DNA of 63,626 nucleotides, filler included, from Bigelowiella natans CCMP2755 (Eukaryota; Protista; Cercozoa): NCBI GenBank assembly GCA_000320545.1. It is 10 parts of 10 records of this genome, joined end to end, with 100 filler letters (N's around TTAATTAATTAA, not from the genome) between each part and the next. Parts side by side here need not be neighbours in the genome. Positions count along the whole stretch, not along the records: positions 22,378 to 35,211 come from ADNK01000275.1; positions 35,312 to 36,421 come from ADNK01002258.1; positions 36,522 to 40,708 come from ADNK01001495.1; 7 more parts are not named here. One strand, 5' to 3'. Shown piece by piece: positions 24,402 to 37,227 of this stretch (position 1 is its first letter; each line of letters starts with the position of its first letter). The notes under the pieces were generated by a model. It saw only the letters and a program-made list of their open reading frames with translations, ran no database searches and was not told where the DNA came from. The position numbers and the translations under genes were made by a program.

Positions 24402-25975
24402 ATTTACACACCTGATCGTCAAAAAGAGACTTGATCATAAATTATGGAAATTCATACTTAGAAAATTCCCAAAAGTGGAGTTCCACAAGATTCTGGAATT
24501 CAAGATGACATGACACGTATGCAGTGAATCAGTGTTACTGGAAACTCAGGAGATTATGATATCTCCTGCACTTCATCATAAACTAAAGCACGAGTTATAA
24601 CACATCAACCGTTTTCGCAAGTTACAAGTTGAAATATCATCATACCGAACTAAAATTCTAATCATCTTCGTTTAACATGTAAAAACTGTTGCCTGCAAAC
24701 TACATTCCTAGTGTACCGATTTCTATCTGGCAAGAAGTTCAATGTAAAGGCAGCTGCGGAGCAATATCAGGTTAGAATCAGCTCGAATGTGATTGACACA
24801 TGTGACAAGTTGATGAGAACTCTACCTAGGCAATGGTAAAGTGGAGATGTGATGCAAAAGTTGACGAAATCAACAAATGGGGCATTGAAAATCAGAAGAA
24901 AATTGCTGAAATGGACGAAATGTACCCCACCTCGCCATACGGGTATGATAAAAAGGGGAGACCAATAATCATCGCAAGATTTGGTGCTGTACCTGGAAAG
25001 AAGGTGAGAAAATAATTTTCAACGAATTAAGAAAGTCCGGCGAATTTACGTTGCTGGCTATGCTGTCGATAAGTTTTCAGAGACCTTCTCAATTGAAGAA
25101 TATCTTAAGCGGCATGTACTTAAGATGGAAGAGATGATGGTGATGAATTTTTTTGCTTTGTGTTCAATGTTATCGTAAAAATGTGTCGATTTTGTAATTT
25201 GTTACAACCTATCCCTTAGGAGCTCTGTCGAAAAAGAGCAATAGAGCTGAAAAAGCCTATCCATTCAGTGACCGTGATAGTTGATGCAGAAGGAGTAAAT
25301 TCTGCAACACGACATTTCATTCCCTACTTTCGAGCACAGTCTGAGATTGAAAAGCAAAACTATCCAGAATGTGTCGCACAGATTCTGCTCATAAATGCTC
25401 CTTGGATAGTGCCTATACTTTTCAGCATTGTGAAGGTCTTCATCGATCCAACGTAGGAAGCATAAAGTTTGAAAAATGTCACCAAATTCAAGCGTTCGTT
25501 CATCTGTTGCTTAATACATAGGACAAGGAAAAAGATTGAATTGCATTCAGGAATTCCTAAAGAAAGGCTCTTTGAAATGATCGCACCGAGCATTTTGCCA
25601 GTGTCTTACGGAGGAAAAAATCCAAAGAAAATTCCAGGTAAACAAAAACACGAAAATAAAGAGGATGACGTCAAAAGATTAAACATTGCAGCGGGCAAGT
25701 CGATCACCTTAGTTGAAGAGGTTGGCACAAAGGATGGGATTTTTTCATGGACAGTCAGGGTTATTTCACATGATGTATCTCTTCGCGTCATGTGGAAACC
25801 AGAGGAATGTGAAGAGAAAAGAAAGCTAGTTTTTGAGAAAAGAGGAACTGATTTTCACGGGGAATTCGATGCTCGTAACAAAGGTGTCTTGGAGATAACA
25901 TTTGATAATGCCTATAGCTATTTTAAAAGTAAGGATATTGAATATGTTCTCGATCTACATCACGAGCAAACATAA
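24168..25975 (+). CDS. SEC14-like lipid-binding protein (CRAL-TRIO plus C-terminal GOLD domain)
   Basis: Eight exons: DDMT|LYRFLSGKKFNV, GYDKKGRPIIIARFG, VIVDAEG, NYPECVAQILLINAPWIVPILFSIVKVFIDPT|TRKKI, LPVSYGG, and GOLD ...GVLEITFDNAYSYFKSKDIEY; stop at 25973-25975. Confidence 0.93.
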
Positions 25976-26625
25976 ATTCACATTAGTTTTGCCATCACCA
26001 AATTTTGTTTTCTTGGTCTGTGTGCATTCCTGCATTGTTGAAGCAAAAAATCCAAGCATCTGTGCATGACGCTCAGCATGTCTAGATGTGCACAACGAAA
26101 ACAAAATGAGTTTTCTTTCCACATTCAACTCTTCTGGTCTTGCGATTAGTCGATCATACATGCAGCATGGCATGGGACATTTTGCATGCAACATTGTAAA
26201 GACGACATGTCGCACATTGATTGCAAATGTCCACAGAGTGTTGCCTATGCGATTGTCCATTTTTGACGTATGCCAGGCAAGCATATCGATTATTGAGATG
26301 TCAGTGCGCTGTTCACACACCTTGCACTCACACTCAAGACAAAATCGCGATGTAGAATCGACCATAGATGAATCAAGTCTATGCTCGAATCCACATGGCA
26401 GAACATGTTGCATTGGTATGTACAATAGATTTATTAGAATGCGAATCTCATCGTGCCACCCAGTTACCAATAATTTAATGAAATTTGTAAAAAACGTAGT
26501 CAACTATCCAGCTGAATTGCCAACCGTGTCCAAATAATATATCAAAAGATAAGATCAACAGATAAATGTATTCTCAAATATTGAAAACAAATTTCCTGCA
26601 CACCCTGAGGTTTATAGAGCACATT

Positions 26626-29601
26626 TTATTTTGTTTTGTTTAGTTTCTCTTCTCTTATTCCCCGTCTACTCAGTTTCTTTAATGGAATCAATGAAACATG
26701 TGCACTGCGATTGACTTCTCCGCCACATCCAAAACAAAGGTCATTACAAGTTGCAGCGACGCTAAATTCAATCTCCATGGACAGAACGATTAGGTAACTA
26801 TCTTCCATAATCTCTTCTGTGCTTCGTGGAACGTTTGGCTCAAACGATATGCGCTTGTTGACTTGCCAGCTCCAACTTGTGTCGAATTGCAATTCATGTA
26901 CCGTTCTCTTATTGAATGTTTTAATTGGTTCCCATCGATCTAGCACTAGTGCACTGTAAAGATATGATCGCTTCTTATTGAAGCTTGATACTCTATTTCT
27001 GCGGGTTTCGGAAACCTTCTTTTCATCATTTGCATTTCCTTTTTTCCATTTAAACACGCGAACGCTCCCGCTTATCGATACAGATGAGGTGCCTTTTTTG
27101 CGTAATTCAAACTCCATTAGCTAGCCAATTCATAGGAAATAATTAAAAGTTAAAAAATTAGATACTTACACAAAGGATGAATCTTTAGTCGGACGTCTCC
27201 ATCAAACCGATGTATTACAAAATATTGTAATGTTGGCGATTTACGCTTTATCCTTATGTTCCACACTGGATTTCTATACAAATCAAAGCCTTCCGGAAGA
27301 CCTTTCATATCTTGTTCCTCCTCCCAGCGATAGTTTCCTCTCAAAACCCAGACTCCATTTCGTTTGCCGTATATTTTATCTATTGTCGCGTTTTTGATAC
27401 GAGCATTTTCGTTGCACCAATCGACAAACCCTCGCACGCCATCAAGATAATTTTGCATTCCATGATCTTCAAATATGTCACGAATTTGTTCCGGCCACCA
27501 GCTCAAAACCTTTATATGAAGTTGTGTATCATTTACGAGAGAATTTTCTGTTAGTGCAAGTTTCGAGGCTATTCGGCTTGTACCTCTCTCCTGCCGTGTT
27601 GCAAACGTCGATGAATATCTCGACTACTCCAGTTTGGAAGGCCTGAAACAGATTTTGAAGCGAAATAAAAGCGTAAGTTATAGTACTTCTTTCCGCTACT
27701 TTCATAATCGTCCTTTTCTCTTTGAGAGGCTAATGCTGCATCTAACTCCTTAATAGGTTTTTCATCGGTTTCTATTTCCTGGATTGGTGGGAGTAAATTT
27801 TCGGCCATGTTGCTCTCCCTTTTACCTTCCTCTCCTCCTTCCACGTTTTTGTCATGTTTTGTATTTTGCTCTGTAAATTTGGATGTTTCGTCATTGCTCA
27901 TCACAGCATCGGATCTCGTTGAGTTTATCGATGAAAATGTCAATCCTTCGCCGCTGTTGCTTCGCGTGCTAACAAGATTCCCGATACCAGGGGCTGGGAT
28001 AAAATTATTAACTTTCATATACCTCTCTGATTCCGTCGGAATTTCCAGCATGTAACAGCACTGGACACCATCTCTTTCTTTTGGTATCTCTAAGTTTCGA
28101 ATGTCAGTAACAGATCCCGTTTGGTTTGAATTTCTGTTTCCTCTTTTATGCAAAAGCACTAAATCTCCAACAGGTTGAAAATTGTAGTAGAGCTTACGGT
28201 GCTTGAGCATCATATTGAGAAATTCAAGATACATGTTATCTAAGTTTGAGTTTGTAAACCACTCTGCTGCTTGTTCCACCAGAACGTAATTGCACTTTAG
28301 AACCTAGTACATAAACATCATAAAGGTGGATACAATTAGTGGCACAGCGCTTGCCTAAATACACTGCATATTCTCCCTATGGTCATCACACAAAATGGTA
28401 TATACTATTGATCATTGACCTTGATGTATGTCGGAATGACGTAATCCACCCACCCTGAAGACCCTAATCGTGGAATTGGATCATCTTCAAACACAAAATG
28501 TGTTGTGTTGTTTTCAAGCCTTGTCCACCATTTGCATACTCCGAAAGCGGTAGGAGGTGCTGCCATCTGTGGGCCTCCAAATGTATTTACGAACATGCGC
28601 TGCCAACTAAAGCGATTCCTTATCCACTTGAACTCTTCGTCGTTCCTGCGAAATAATTCTGCGCCTGTTATGACAGCATAGCCAGCTCCCAATGAATGAC
28701 CAGTGATGACCAAGGTATCAATTATCTTCGAAGCTTTCATTGATACTCGCTTGCCTTGACGTGCTTCTGTGTTTGCCGGACCGTGTAGATTCTGATAGCA
28801 CATGGTCTTGACTCTATTATCGGATGATTTCTCCTCTGATTTGGTGTCTTCCGACTCTACGATGGTCCTAATGGCCTTGCAGATGTCCAGCGGAATATCG
28901 TTGTCTCCACAGTGCAATGCTGTTTGCATGCCTGCATGTACATGGATGCCATCCAAATATTTACACTTCGTCACTCCCGGAGAAATATTTATCAACCAAT
29001 CCGATATGGCTACACTACCACGGAACACAACGTAGATCTGATTTGATGGAATATAACTTTTGGTATTCTCTTCGTAGGTTTGGCCGCGGTAAATTGACCA
29101 CTGAACAAGGTTATCGCCAGCTAAGATGTGCAATTGGTCATACTCTTTAAAACCAAACACTCTATCTGAATCTAATTCCATATCTGCTATATCTAAATGA
29201 ACATGTTCGCTTTGACCAGAACAGGTTGTCTCAACAGCAGGACGTGTCTTCTTTTGGGGCAACAAAATTAACTCTTTTGGCTTGTAGGTTGGATGCAAGC
29301 AGGTTTTCGTTCGTTTCATCCGAGGAATATCTCGAGGAAGATCAGTTTCAGAAGCTTCACTTAATCGTTCATTTCCGCCGAAGCATGAGACAATTCCACA
29401 TCCTTGATCCAACTCAATGCCCGGCGGCAAATGGCTGGTGGTTGTGTCCTCTTGACCAACAGTATATATGTACCTGCAAAGCAGCGCGCTCTCCATCGCG
29501 TATTTGGGTTCGAATTGCATCAAGGCCTGCATGCCGTGGGTGTCCCAGCCACTCGTATCTCCCATAGAATACCCGGTTGGGATCGAATTACAACATCCCA
29601 T
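26626..29601 (-). CDS. Class 3 (fungal-type) lipase domain protein, about 4 exons
   Basis: IYVVFRGS...DWLINI, VHAGM, LVITGHSLGAGYA (nucleophile elbow), TFGGP, FVFEDDPIPRL, later FQPVG and EDHGMQNYL (candidate catalytic His). The probable start MGCCNS at 29601 fits N-myristoylation/palmitoylation. Confidence 0.88.
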
Positions 29602-29743
29602 TTTCGGTCGAAAATTGGGTTTTGAGGCAAAGTTGTCATTTTTCGTGTTCTTTCTCTTAGTGCTGCCGCCACTAATCATTGCATCATCATCATCGTCGTC
29701 GGCATCGGGACCAAGTCGAATGATCACTCCGAGATTCATTTGC

Positions 29744-29778
<35 letters not shown>

Positions 29779-29820
29779 CGACGACGACGACGACACGCCG
29801 ACATGACATGGGAAATAGGC

Positions 29821-30800
29821 TGACTAAGTTTGGACGTGGATGACCTCTTGTCGCTGCAAATCGAACATCGGAAACATGTGCAGTGCGACATGCGCAATGC
29901 CATTTTTGTGAGGGAAAAACTTGCTTCTGCTCATGATTTTTCGTTGCAAAAAGAGGGATTTCAGGATTTCCTAGGATTTCCTGGATTTCCTAGGATTTCA
30001 TCGTCTCCGATGTGCGAACCAATGCCAAAGCTTGGAAAGCTTCGGAATGCTCCACCGAAGTTGTGCTTGCAGCACCAATGAACCGCATGCAAGAACACCT
30101 GGCGGGATGAATCTGCACCTACGGAGGTTGAACATCCTCAAAGACAAGGATCGCATCAGCGGCGTGAGTGATCAAAAACAAGTGTTGCTCAGCCATTTGC
30201 GCGCAGGCACGTCTAGACGTGCGTGAGGACGTGATGAGTGAATGTGAACCAAGTTTGTTCAATGGTTGCCCTGTGGCAGCCACAGCGCTAGCATTGAATC
30301 CATTTGTCTCAATTGTCACATTGTCACGCGTGCTGCACGCTAGCATGCATTCATCAGTTTTTTTGCGTCAATGTCGCCCACGATGCGCAGCCGTCTGCCT
30401 TTTCTTTTCTGCTGCAGTCAATCGGTTCACGTCGCTCTGTGATGCACGCAGCGCCAATGCGTTGCAGGAAAAACATGGCGGTCTAGCGATCGTGCCATGA
30501 TGGCCACAGTTGACGCCACATCCAGACATGCACGTTTCACGTGTTAGCGTTGAAATTTGTCTGACAGGAACACTCCATTCTAGCATTGGCCACATGCAAC
30601 ACGTGCAATGCATGTTCATGTTTTGTGTCCACAGTGCATGCTAGCATGGCCATTGTTGTCAGCGCAGCTCACGCAGATTTCTCAGGCACTCAAATTGAGG
30701 TTTGGACAGCAATGCACATCGCAAGCGCAGCGCGATGCAGACAATCAGTCTGTGTGATGATTGCCAAATGCACAAGATGCGTCTGGGGTTGTGCTCATCA
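29821..30800. other. TpA-depleted, CA/TG-rich intergenic tract
   Basis: Manual count: 11 TA in 980 bp, 8 of them in CTAG; CpG is abundant. Confidence 0.85.
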
Positions 30801-31093
30801 TATGAATGGAGTATGGACAAGTCAATCATTGCAATGGTGCAACGAAATAAATGTCATCACATATATTTTTTTAAATTGCTAGATGTTTTTCTCTCGCATA
30901 AGTTTCTATACTCTCCTGAGACTTGTTAAACAGCAAATTCTCGATAACTTTTCTTGCTACGGCATCTCAGCCCCCTTCCTAGCTCCATAGAATGTCCAAT
31001 CTAATTTGAACACCATACGAAATCATGATCAGACCTTCACTAACACACACACACACACACACACACATAATTTACTATTTCAAGACGTTGATC

Positions 31094-31387
31094 TCACTTT
31101 TTCTGCCGCGACCACCTATGAGTGACCGCCAATATGACAACTACAAGAGTAACTGTTCCAGTCAAGAATATGCGGTTGAAGTCCGACCTACATTGGTAGA
31201 TGTAACAAGAAGGAACGGGCGGGGGGGAGGGTAGCAATAGAGAAATAAGAGAATTAAGGAAATTTTTGTGCGACGAATGCGTCTAGAGGGTTAGTTGTTA
31301 TGGTAACATACGATAGCAAATCGAAGGTTCCAGAAGCTGTCACTCTCGTGAAGAAGATATCCACGCCTTTTATTATAACACACGGAA

Positions 31388-31426
<39 letters not shown>

Positions 31427-31787
31427 GTGGATAAAATGTGTTTTGCGATATTATTATCAATATTATCTACATACTCTCATTTATACATGTTTCATTCATC
31501 CGATCTACTTTGCGCGAAAAGATCATTCATTATCATCATCATCATCGTTATTACCATACGCAAAGACAAGTGACGTTGACTCCAGGAAGGAATGGGCTGT
31601 CGTTAGTCCCCGTACTCGGCACAACTGACAAAATAAATATTAGATAAATTCTCACAACCACCACCACCACCACCATCGTCATCATCATCATCATCATCAT
31701 CATCATCACCCGTTGTTACCGTGAGATTGTAGGAAGGGAAGCTCTTTCCGTCCAACTTCAGTACCGGATGATACGGCAACAGGCCCT

Positions 31788-31827
<40 letters not shown>

Positions 31828-32073
31828 GATGATGATAATGAGACGAGTGGTGATGATGATATTATCTGACTCGGAAATGAGCGGTACTAGCAGTGAGGAG
31901 GATGTTTGTTTGTTACCTCCGCTTGTTGTTCCTTTGTGAGCGGCCCTTCGCCCGTTGGCCTCCTAGCATCAAGCATGTGCTTTCCCAACCCTAACAACGA
32001 CAAACAACAACAACAAGTAGTAGTATCAGTATTATTCTCGTCAGAATGCTATGTCAAAAACTTCTATCATAAC

Positions 32074-32108
<35 letters not shown>

Positions 32109-32309
32109 CTATCATCAAAGTCGTCACTATCGAACTCATTTCACTACCGTCTTTTACCATGATTTCTACTCCCAAATTGCTATGGAGAACACCAGAGATA
32201 TTACTGCTAACGTGCTATTGACCTGCGAGCTGGTGAGATGTGAGGCCTGCTAGTACTAGCTTTGAAGTGATGCCCATTCGCGTTCCCGCAACACCTAAAA
32301 AGAATATAA

Positions 32310-32355
<46 letters not shown>

Positions 32356-32641
32356 GTATTTGTTGTGGTTTTTCACCCAATATTTAAGTGCTATTTTTCA
32401 ATCTAATATCATGAAATGCGAAAACGATATTGTTATTATTGTTATTATTGTTGTTGTTGTTGTTTTTATTATCACTATGCCCATCATCACTGGTACATTA
32501 TAGTAACCGTGAATAAAGAAAGAGTTTGTGGCAGTAGGGAGAAGAAGATTTACTACCAAGGAAGTTAACACTGTGTGCAAACAGGAAGGTCCTCTGCAGC
32601 ACAGTGGGGAGAGGGGCGGTCAGGGAGGAGAACTCCGGAAG

Positions 32642-32679
<38 letters not shown>

Positions 32680-34131
32680 CGAGGATACACACAAAAGAAG
32701 AAGAGGTGTCATCATTGCAAAATAGTCGTAGAAATAGCAGGTTTGGGCGGCTCAATAAAACGAAGCGTTAGGCCTTGGTTTTGCCAACAATCAAGATATT
32801 GTAGCAGGATTATGAGGGGGAGGGGGAGGGCTGATGTTGTCTATCTATAGCTGAGCAGAGAGCCCACGTGATGAATGTATGGGTGGATGGGTGGATGGTT
32901 GTGGAAATAGTAGCAGTAGTTGGTAAGTAGCATCAGTGTCATCGTCATCATCATCGTCATCATCATCAGTAGTTAGTTACAGTTATACTTCAAAGAAGGA
33001 GGAAAATCACAACTTCTCTTTCTTGGGTGGATGGATAGGTGAACGAGTGGTGATCATTCAATTCGTTGTGTGTGTGTATGTGTGCGCAGCAACAAACACT
33101 GCTAATCCTCGTCTACATATTACTACCAATGCTTGCTCTATCATTCCCTCCCCCCTCTTCTCCATGGTTGGCAGCCATCATCGTAGCATCGATCTTGGCC
33201 ACTTTCAAAGCATCTTCATATAGCTCGACGCATGTCACTTCAAAGCTGGGGAAGGAGGAAAAGGGATGATGGATTTGGAAGAGTGGGAGGAGGAGGAGGA
33301 GGAAGGGGGGGGGGGGAATCAAACACGGGAGAGGAAGAGGAGGGAGAGGAATTGGAGAGATTGACTGTTAAATGCTGCATAAGAGGTGCGGCGCTGCTGC
33401 AGCCAAGCTTCCTCTCAGTTTTCATCGTTGTCCACACGGGAGAATTCGGTCTCGCATTGATTACATAATAAGCATCATAGAGGATGTGATAGTTAACCAT
33501 CAATCAGGATGAATCATCGTGAAAAGCATCACCGTCTGATATACAGCAGGGAGCACCTATTACTACTACTAATACTACTACCACTACTACTAGTAGTACC
33601 TGTTGGCTTTGGTGTTAAAGTAGTGCGCAACAACCATATTCTCACTCACGACCAAATGTACAGGGCCCTTACAACAATAACAACAACAACAGCAGCAGCA
33701 ACAACAGTGACAAGAACGACGACAACGACGACATTTCGAACATATAAACAACGTCATTTATACCAGCACAAACGTAACAACCAACGAACGGTGCTGCTGC
33801 TGCTGCTGCTGCTGCTGCTATGTCTTCGATGATGAATTGTCCACAATTCGCATTTCCCCCCACCCACGCCTTACTACCTGTGCATTCTTTTGAGAGATTC
33901 TGTGTATGATTTTGCCTGAAACCGCGTCGATAAGGTACAGCACGACAGAAGAGGCGCTATCACGTGAATAAGAAGATCCCGAGGAAGAGGAGGAGGAGGA
34001 GGAGGGTGATTTCATCCATTTTGCACCGCTTGGACTGCCCGTGCGCACAGTGGCAACTGCTATCAGGTTGGGGTTCAGGTACCTACAGCAGCAGCCAATA
34101 GTAAGAACAGCAGCGACGGTGATGAAAGCGT

Positions 34132-34167
<36 letters not shown>

Positions 34168-34952
34168 CAAATAATAAACAGATAACTCATCGTCATCAAT
34201 CATCATCGTCTTACGTTGATATGGTATATGCTTATTACCAGTACTATCATCATCATCACTACCACCACCACCACCACCACCATCATCATCATCATCCCCC
34301 CCACCCCATTCCCAGAGAGAGAGAGGCGTCATGTCACTCATATCTTACTTTCGCCTTGGGGCCCTTCCATCTCCCATTCCTGATGAGGGGTTATTCGCCG
34401 ATAATAACGACGATAGAGAAAGCAACAACAACAAACACAACAACATTATGTTATACTCTCTCCCATCATAGAAAAAAATGCACACTCCAACGCCAACAGC
34501 CAAAAAAAGGGAGGGGAAAGGGGGGGGGGGGAAGAACTACCACTGACGGCAGAGTGCACAGGCGAGTCATTATCTGGAGCAGCAACGTCTGATATCTTCT
34601 CAACCTCTCTTGGGAAAGTGACGGTCCAAATCTCTTCCAGGCCATACACACCCTGCAGCAGCAGCAGCACACGGACAACAGCAACAATCATGATGATGAT
34701 GATGAAGATGATGATGATGATGGCACACGTCTCTACGATAGAACGATATATTACTGTCCAAATAGGCAGCATTGAAGTAAACATGGTACTTAACGTATAT
34801 CGATGTAGACTCAATCTCATCGTTTCAATTGATGATACCAGTGTACCTGTTGCATCTTCTTCTTGTTGTTCTTTTTGTTATTCTTCGCCACAGCAAAGCC
34901 ACGTAGCACATCCTGCTCGATGTCGACCGAATGCAAGAAGATGCTGCTCCTA
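31094..34952 (-). CDS. EMC1: ER membrane protein complex subunit 1, 3' half
   Basis: Exons YLNPNLIAVATV, VVLYLIDAVSGKIIHR, GPVHLVVSENMVVAHYFN, FEVTCVELYE, TRMGITSK, LDARRP, GLLPYHP, LESTSLVFAYG|VDIFFTRVTASGTFDLLS|SDFNRIFLTGTV plus a C-terminal TM. Confidence 0.93.
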
Positions 34953-35027
34953 AATATGATGAAGCATATGTTGTTGTGCGTATTGCTCATGCCCGTATAT
35001 AGCGGTACATTGTCCATTCTTCTTCGA

Positions 35028-35066
<39 letters not shown>

Positions 35067-35211
35067 GTGGTGATGATGCGCCAACAACACATTCGTACAC
35101 AGTCAAACGCCATCACCCCCCCCTCCCCCCCCCCCAAAATACCCGTATATGTCTACTATTTTTGAGATACCGGCGATAGAGCACCATAACCCCTCGCTTA
35201 TATATGCTGAA

Positions 35212-35311
35212 NNNNNNNNNNNNNNNNNNNNNNNNNNNNNNNNNNNNNNNNNNNNTTAATTAATTAANNNNNNNNNNNNNNNNNNNNNNNNNNNNNNNNN
35301 NNNNNNNNNNN
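35212..35311. other. Artificial contig spacer
   Basis: N44-TTAATTAATTAA-N44. Confidence 0.98.
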
Positions 35312-35620
35312 TTTTTTTTTTTTTTTCCCCCCCCCCCCCCCTTCCCCCCCTTTTCCCCCTTCCCTCCGGAATCCCAAAAATAAAGGGATCCCATTTTTTG
35401 AAAAGAAGAAAAAAAAGGCGGGGGGGGAAAATTTGGGACCGGGGGGGGGGGGGGAAATGGGCGCCGGGGAGGGGGTTTTTTTCCCTCCCCCCCCCCCCCC
35501 CCCCCCCCTTAAACTATTCATGCGAATACTGTGTGTTCTCTTATCCTCTCTCCCGCTATGTTGGTGCCGTGATGTCGTTGTGATAATGGTTCTTATTATG
35601 GGGGGGGGCTGGTTGTTTAG

Positions 35621-35697
35621 TTCCCTCCGACGGCAAATCAGGCGACGATGCTGTTGCTCGACGGAGAATTTTGAATGATGTCAAAGAGATGAGACAG

Positions 35698-35729
<32 letters not shown>

Positions 35730-36421
35730 GTAGTAGCATGTCGCTGTTCTTCCCTATGATACTGCTGCTGCTTGGGCGATGTTGAACGAACGGGGAAGGG
35801 CAAGGGGGGGGGTGGAGAGGAAAGATGATTCAGCGCACCACTCACCACCATCTTCTTCTTCTTCTTCTTCTTCTTCTTTTCTAGAATTATAACTCACTGT
35901 CTAATAATGGTCATTATCAGCCTGTCCTTTCCCAAAGTGACAAAGAGAGAATGAAGAAGGCAAAGGTGTAGTAGTAGTAGTAGCGGTAGTAGCAGCAGCA
36001 GCTCGCTTACGCATAACTAATGATCTCCCCTCCCTCCCTCCTCTGCCAACGCTCACAATTAAATAATACACACTTGTTCTTTGCCGCACAGTACTTTTTC
36101 AAGTTTGCCACGGCTGCATGCGGGTGGCCGATATACGCCGCTCATAAAGGTACTACTTCGGTAGCCACGCATGGTGCTGCGTGCTGTGATTGAAGGAATT
36201 ACAAAACCAACTCGTTGATTATCATCCATTATATCATCTTCGTCGTCCTCCTCATCACTCGCTCTTCCTCCTGCATATTCTTTCCTCCCACCCCCCCTTC
36301 CCCCTTCTTTCTCTCCTCCTCCTCATTCCTCTATTCTACAGGCACGATCTTCCACATGAAGACTGAACTTACAGCAATGTGCGAGGGAGCGTGCGTGGGC
36401 TGCTATCAGCTTTGCTGCTGG
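35621..36421 (+). CDS. Diacylglycerol lipase (DAGL)-like internal fragment
   Basis: ...RRILNDVKEMRQ|YFFKFATAACGWPIYAAHK|GTIFH...GCYQLCC resembles the DAGL motif Y..FA.AAYGWP.Y...GLC.L. The catalytic region is not in the contig. Confidence 0.55.
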
Positions 36422-36521
36422 NNNNNNNNNNNNNNNNNNNNNNNNNNNNNNNNNNNNNNNNNNNNTTAATTAATTAANNNNNNNNNNNNNNNNNNNNNNN
36501 NNNNNNNNNNNNNNNNNNNNN
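36422..36521. other. Artificial contig spacer
   Basis: N44-TTAATTAATTAA-N44. Confidence 0.98.
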
Positions 36522-36539
36522 AGTTAACTAAATAATATA

Positions 36540-36576
<37 letters not shown>

Positions 36577-36797
36577 TATATACATATAACAACGATCCAG
36601 ATGAGAGCGACGATGACGATGATGAGGACTCGAGGAGCTATCATAGCAGCAGCTCAGACGACTGGAATCTGGAGTTGACAGAGGCCGAATTAGACCGAGT
36701 GAGGACCACGCGGTTATTCCAATCACTGTTTCAGTCGCATGATAATAATGCATGATGCGGCGCAAAGATGGGTCAATAACGCTGTCAAGCTAACCAG

Positions 36798-36857
36798 TAT
36801 GAGACGGATATAATGAATTAAATAAATATTTTCAACTTGCATCCTGATGTGGGTGTG

Positions 36858-36904
<47 letters not shown>

Positions 36905-36985
36905 ATTATATGAGACGGATGTAATGCATTGATTAAATATTTTCAATGGCCATCCTGATGTAGTTATATGCAAAACAGCGGCTCA

Positions 36986-37023
<38 letters not shown>

Positions 37024-37227
37024 TGTATGCACTGCCCACGCGTTTATTTGTCACAAATGCGCTACACATAAAATGCACACGTCTAGACTTTTGAAGGGTG
37101 ATAAGATGCATGCATATTATGCATGCATCTAGTACAAAGCAAAGCCGCGCATGCAATGTGGACACATAAGACGGATGTATTCAATTAATTAAATTCGTTC
37201 AATGACCATCCTACTGTAGCTGTGTGA
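36798..37227 (+). repeat. Three diverged copies of a roughly 62-bp AT-rich unit
   Basis: AGACGGATRTA...TAAAT...TTCAA...CATCCT..TGTRG units start at about 36798, 36909 and 37167. Confidence 0.8.

Noticed and set aside
25955-26537. Overlapping 182-aa and 149-aa ORFs (also those at 30032-30929)
   Set aside because: Cys/His/Met-rich open frames arise because TpA depletion removes TAA/TAG stops; no splice or domain support.
29956-30000. GGATTTCC(TA) short tandem repeat as telomeric or regulatory array
   Set aside because: Only five degenerate 8-9 bp units; no match to a telomere repeat that I can support.
29821-30800. CpG-methylation decay or fungal RIP as cause of the CA/TG richness
   Set aside because: CpG remains abundant and TpA is depleted rather than enriched.
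35312-35510. Poly-C/G/T tracts (also 40920-41080) as G-quadruplex elements
   Set aside because: Homopolymer-smeared sequence at contig ends, typical of low-quality read tails.
36798-37227. CRISPR-like repeat-spacer array
   Set aside because: Eukaryotic context, diverged 62-bp units, irregular SSR-containing spacers and no cas genes.
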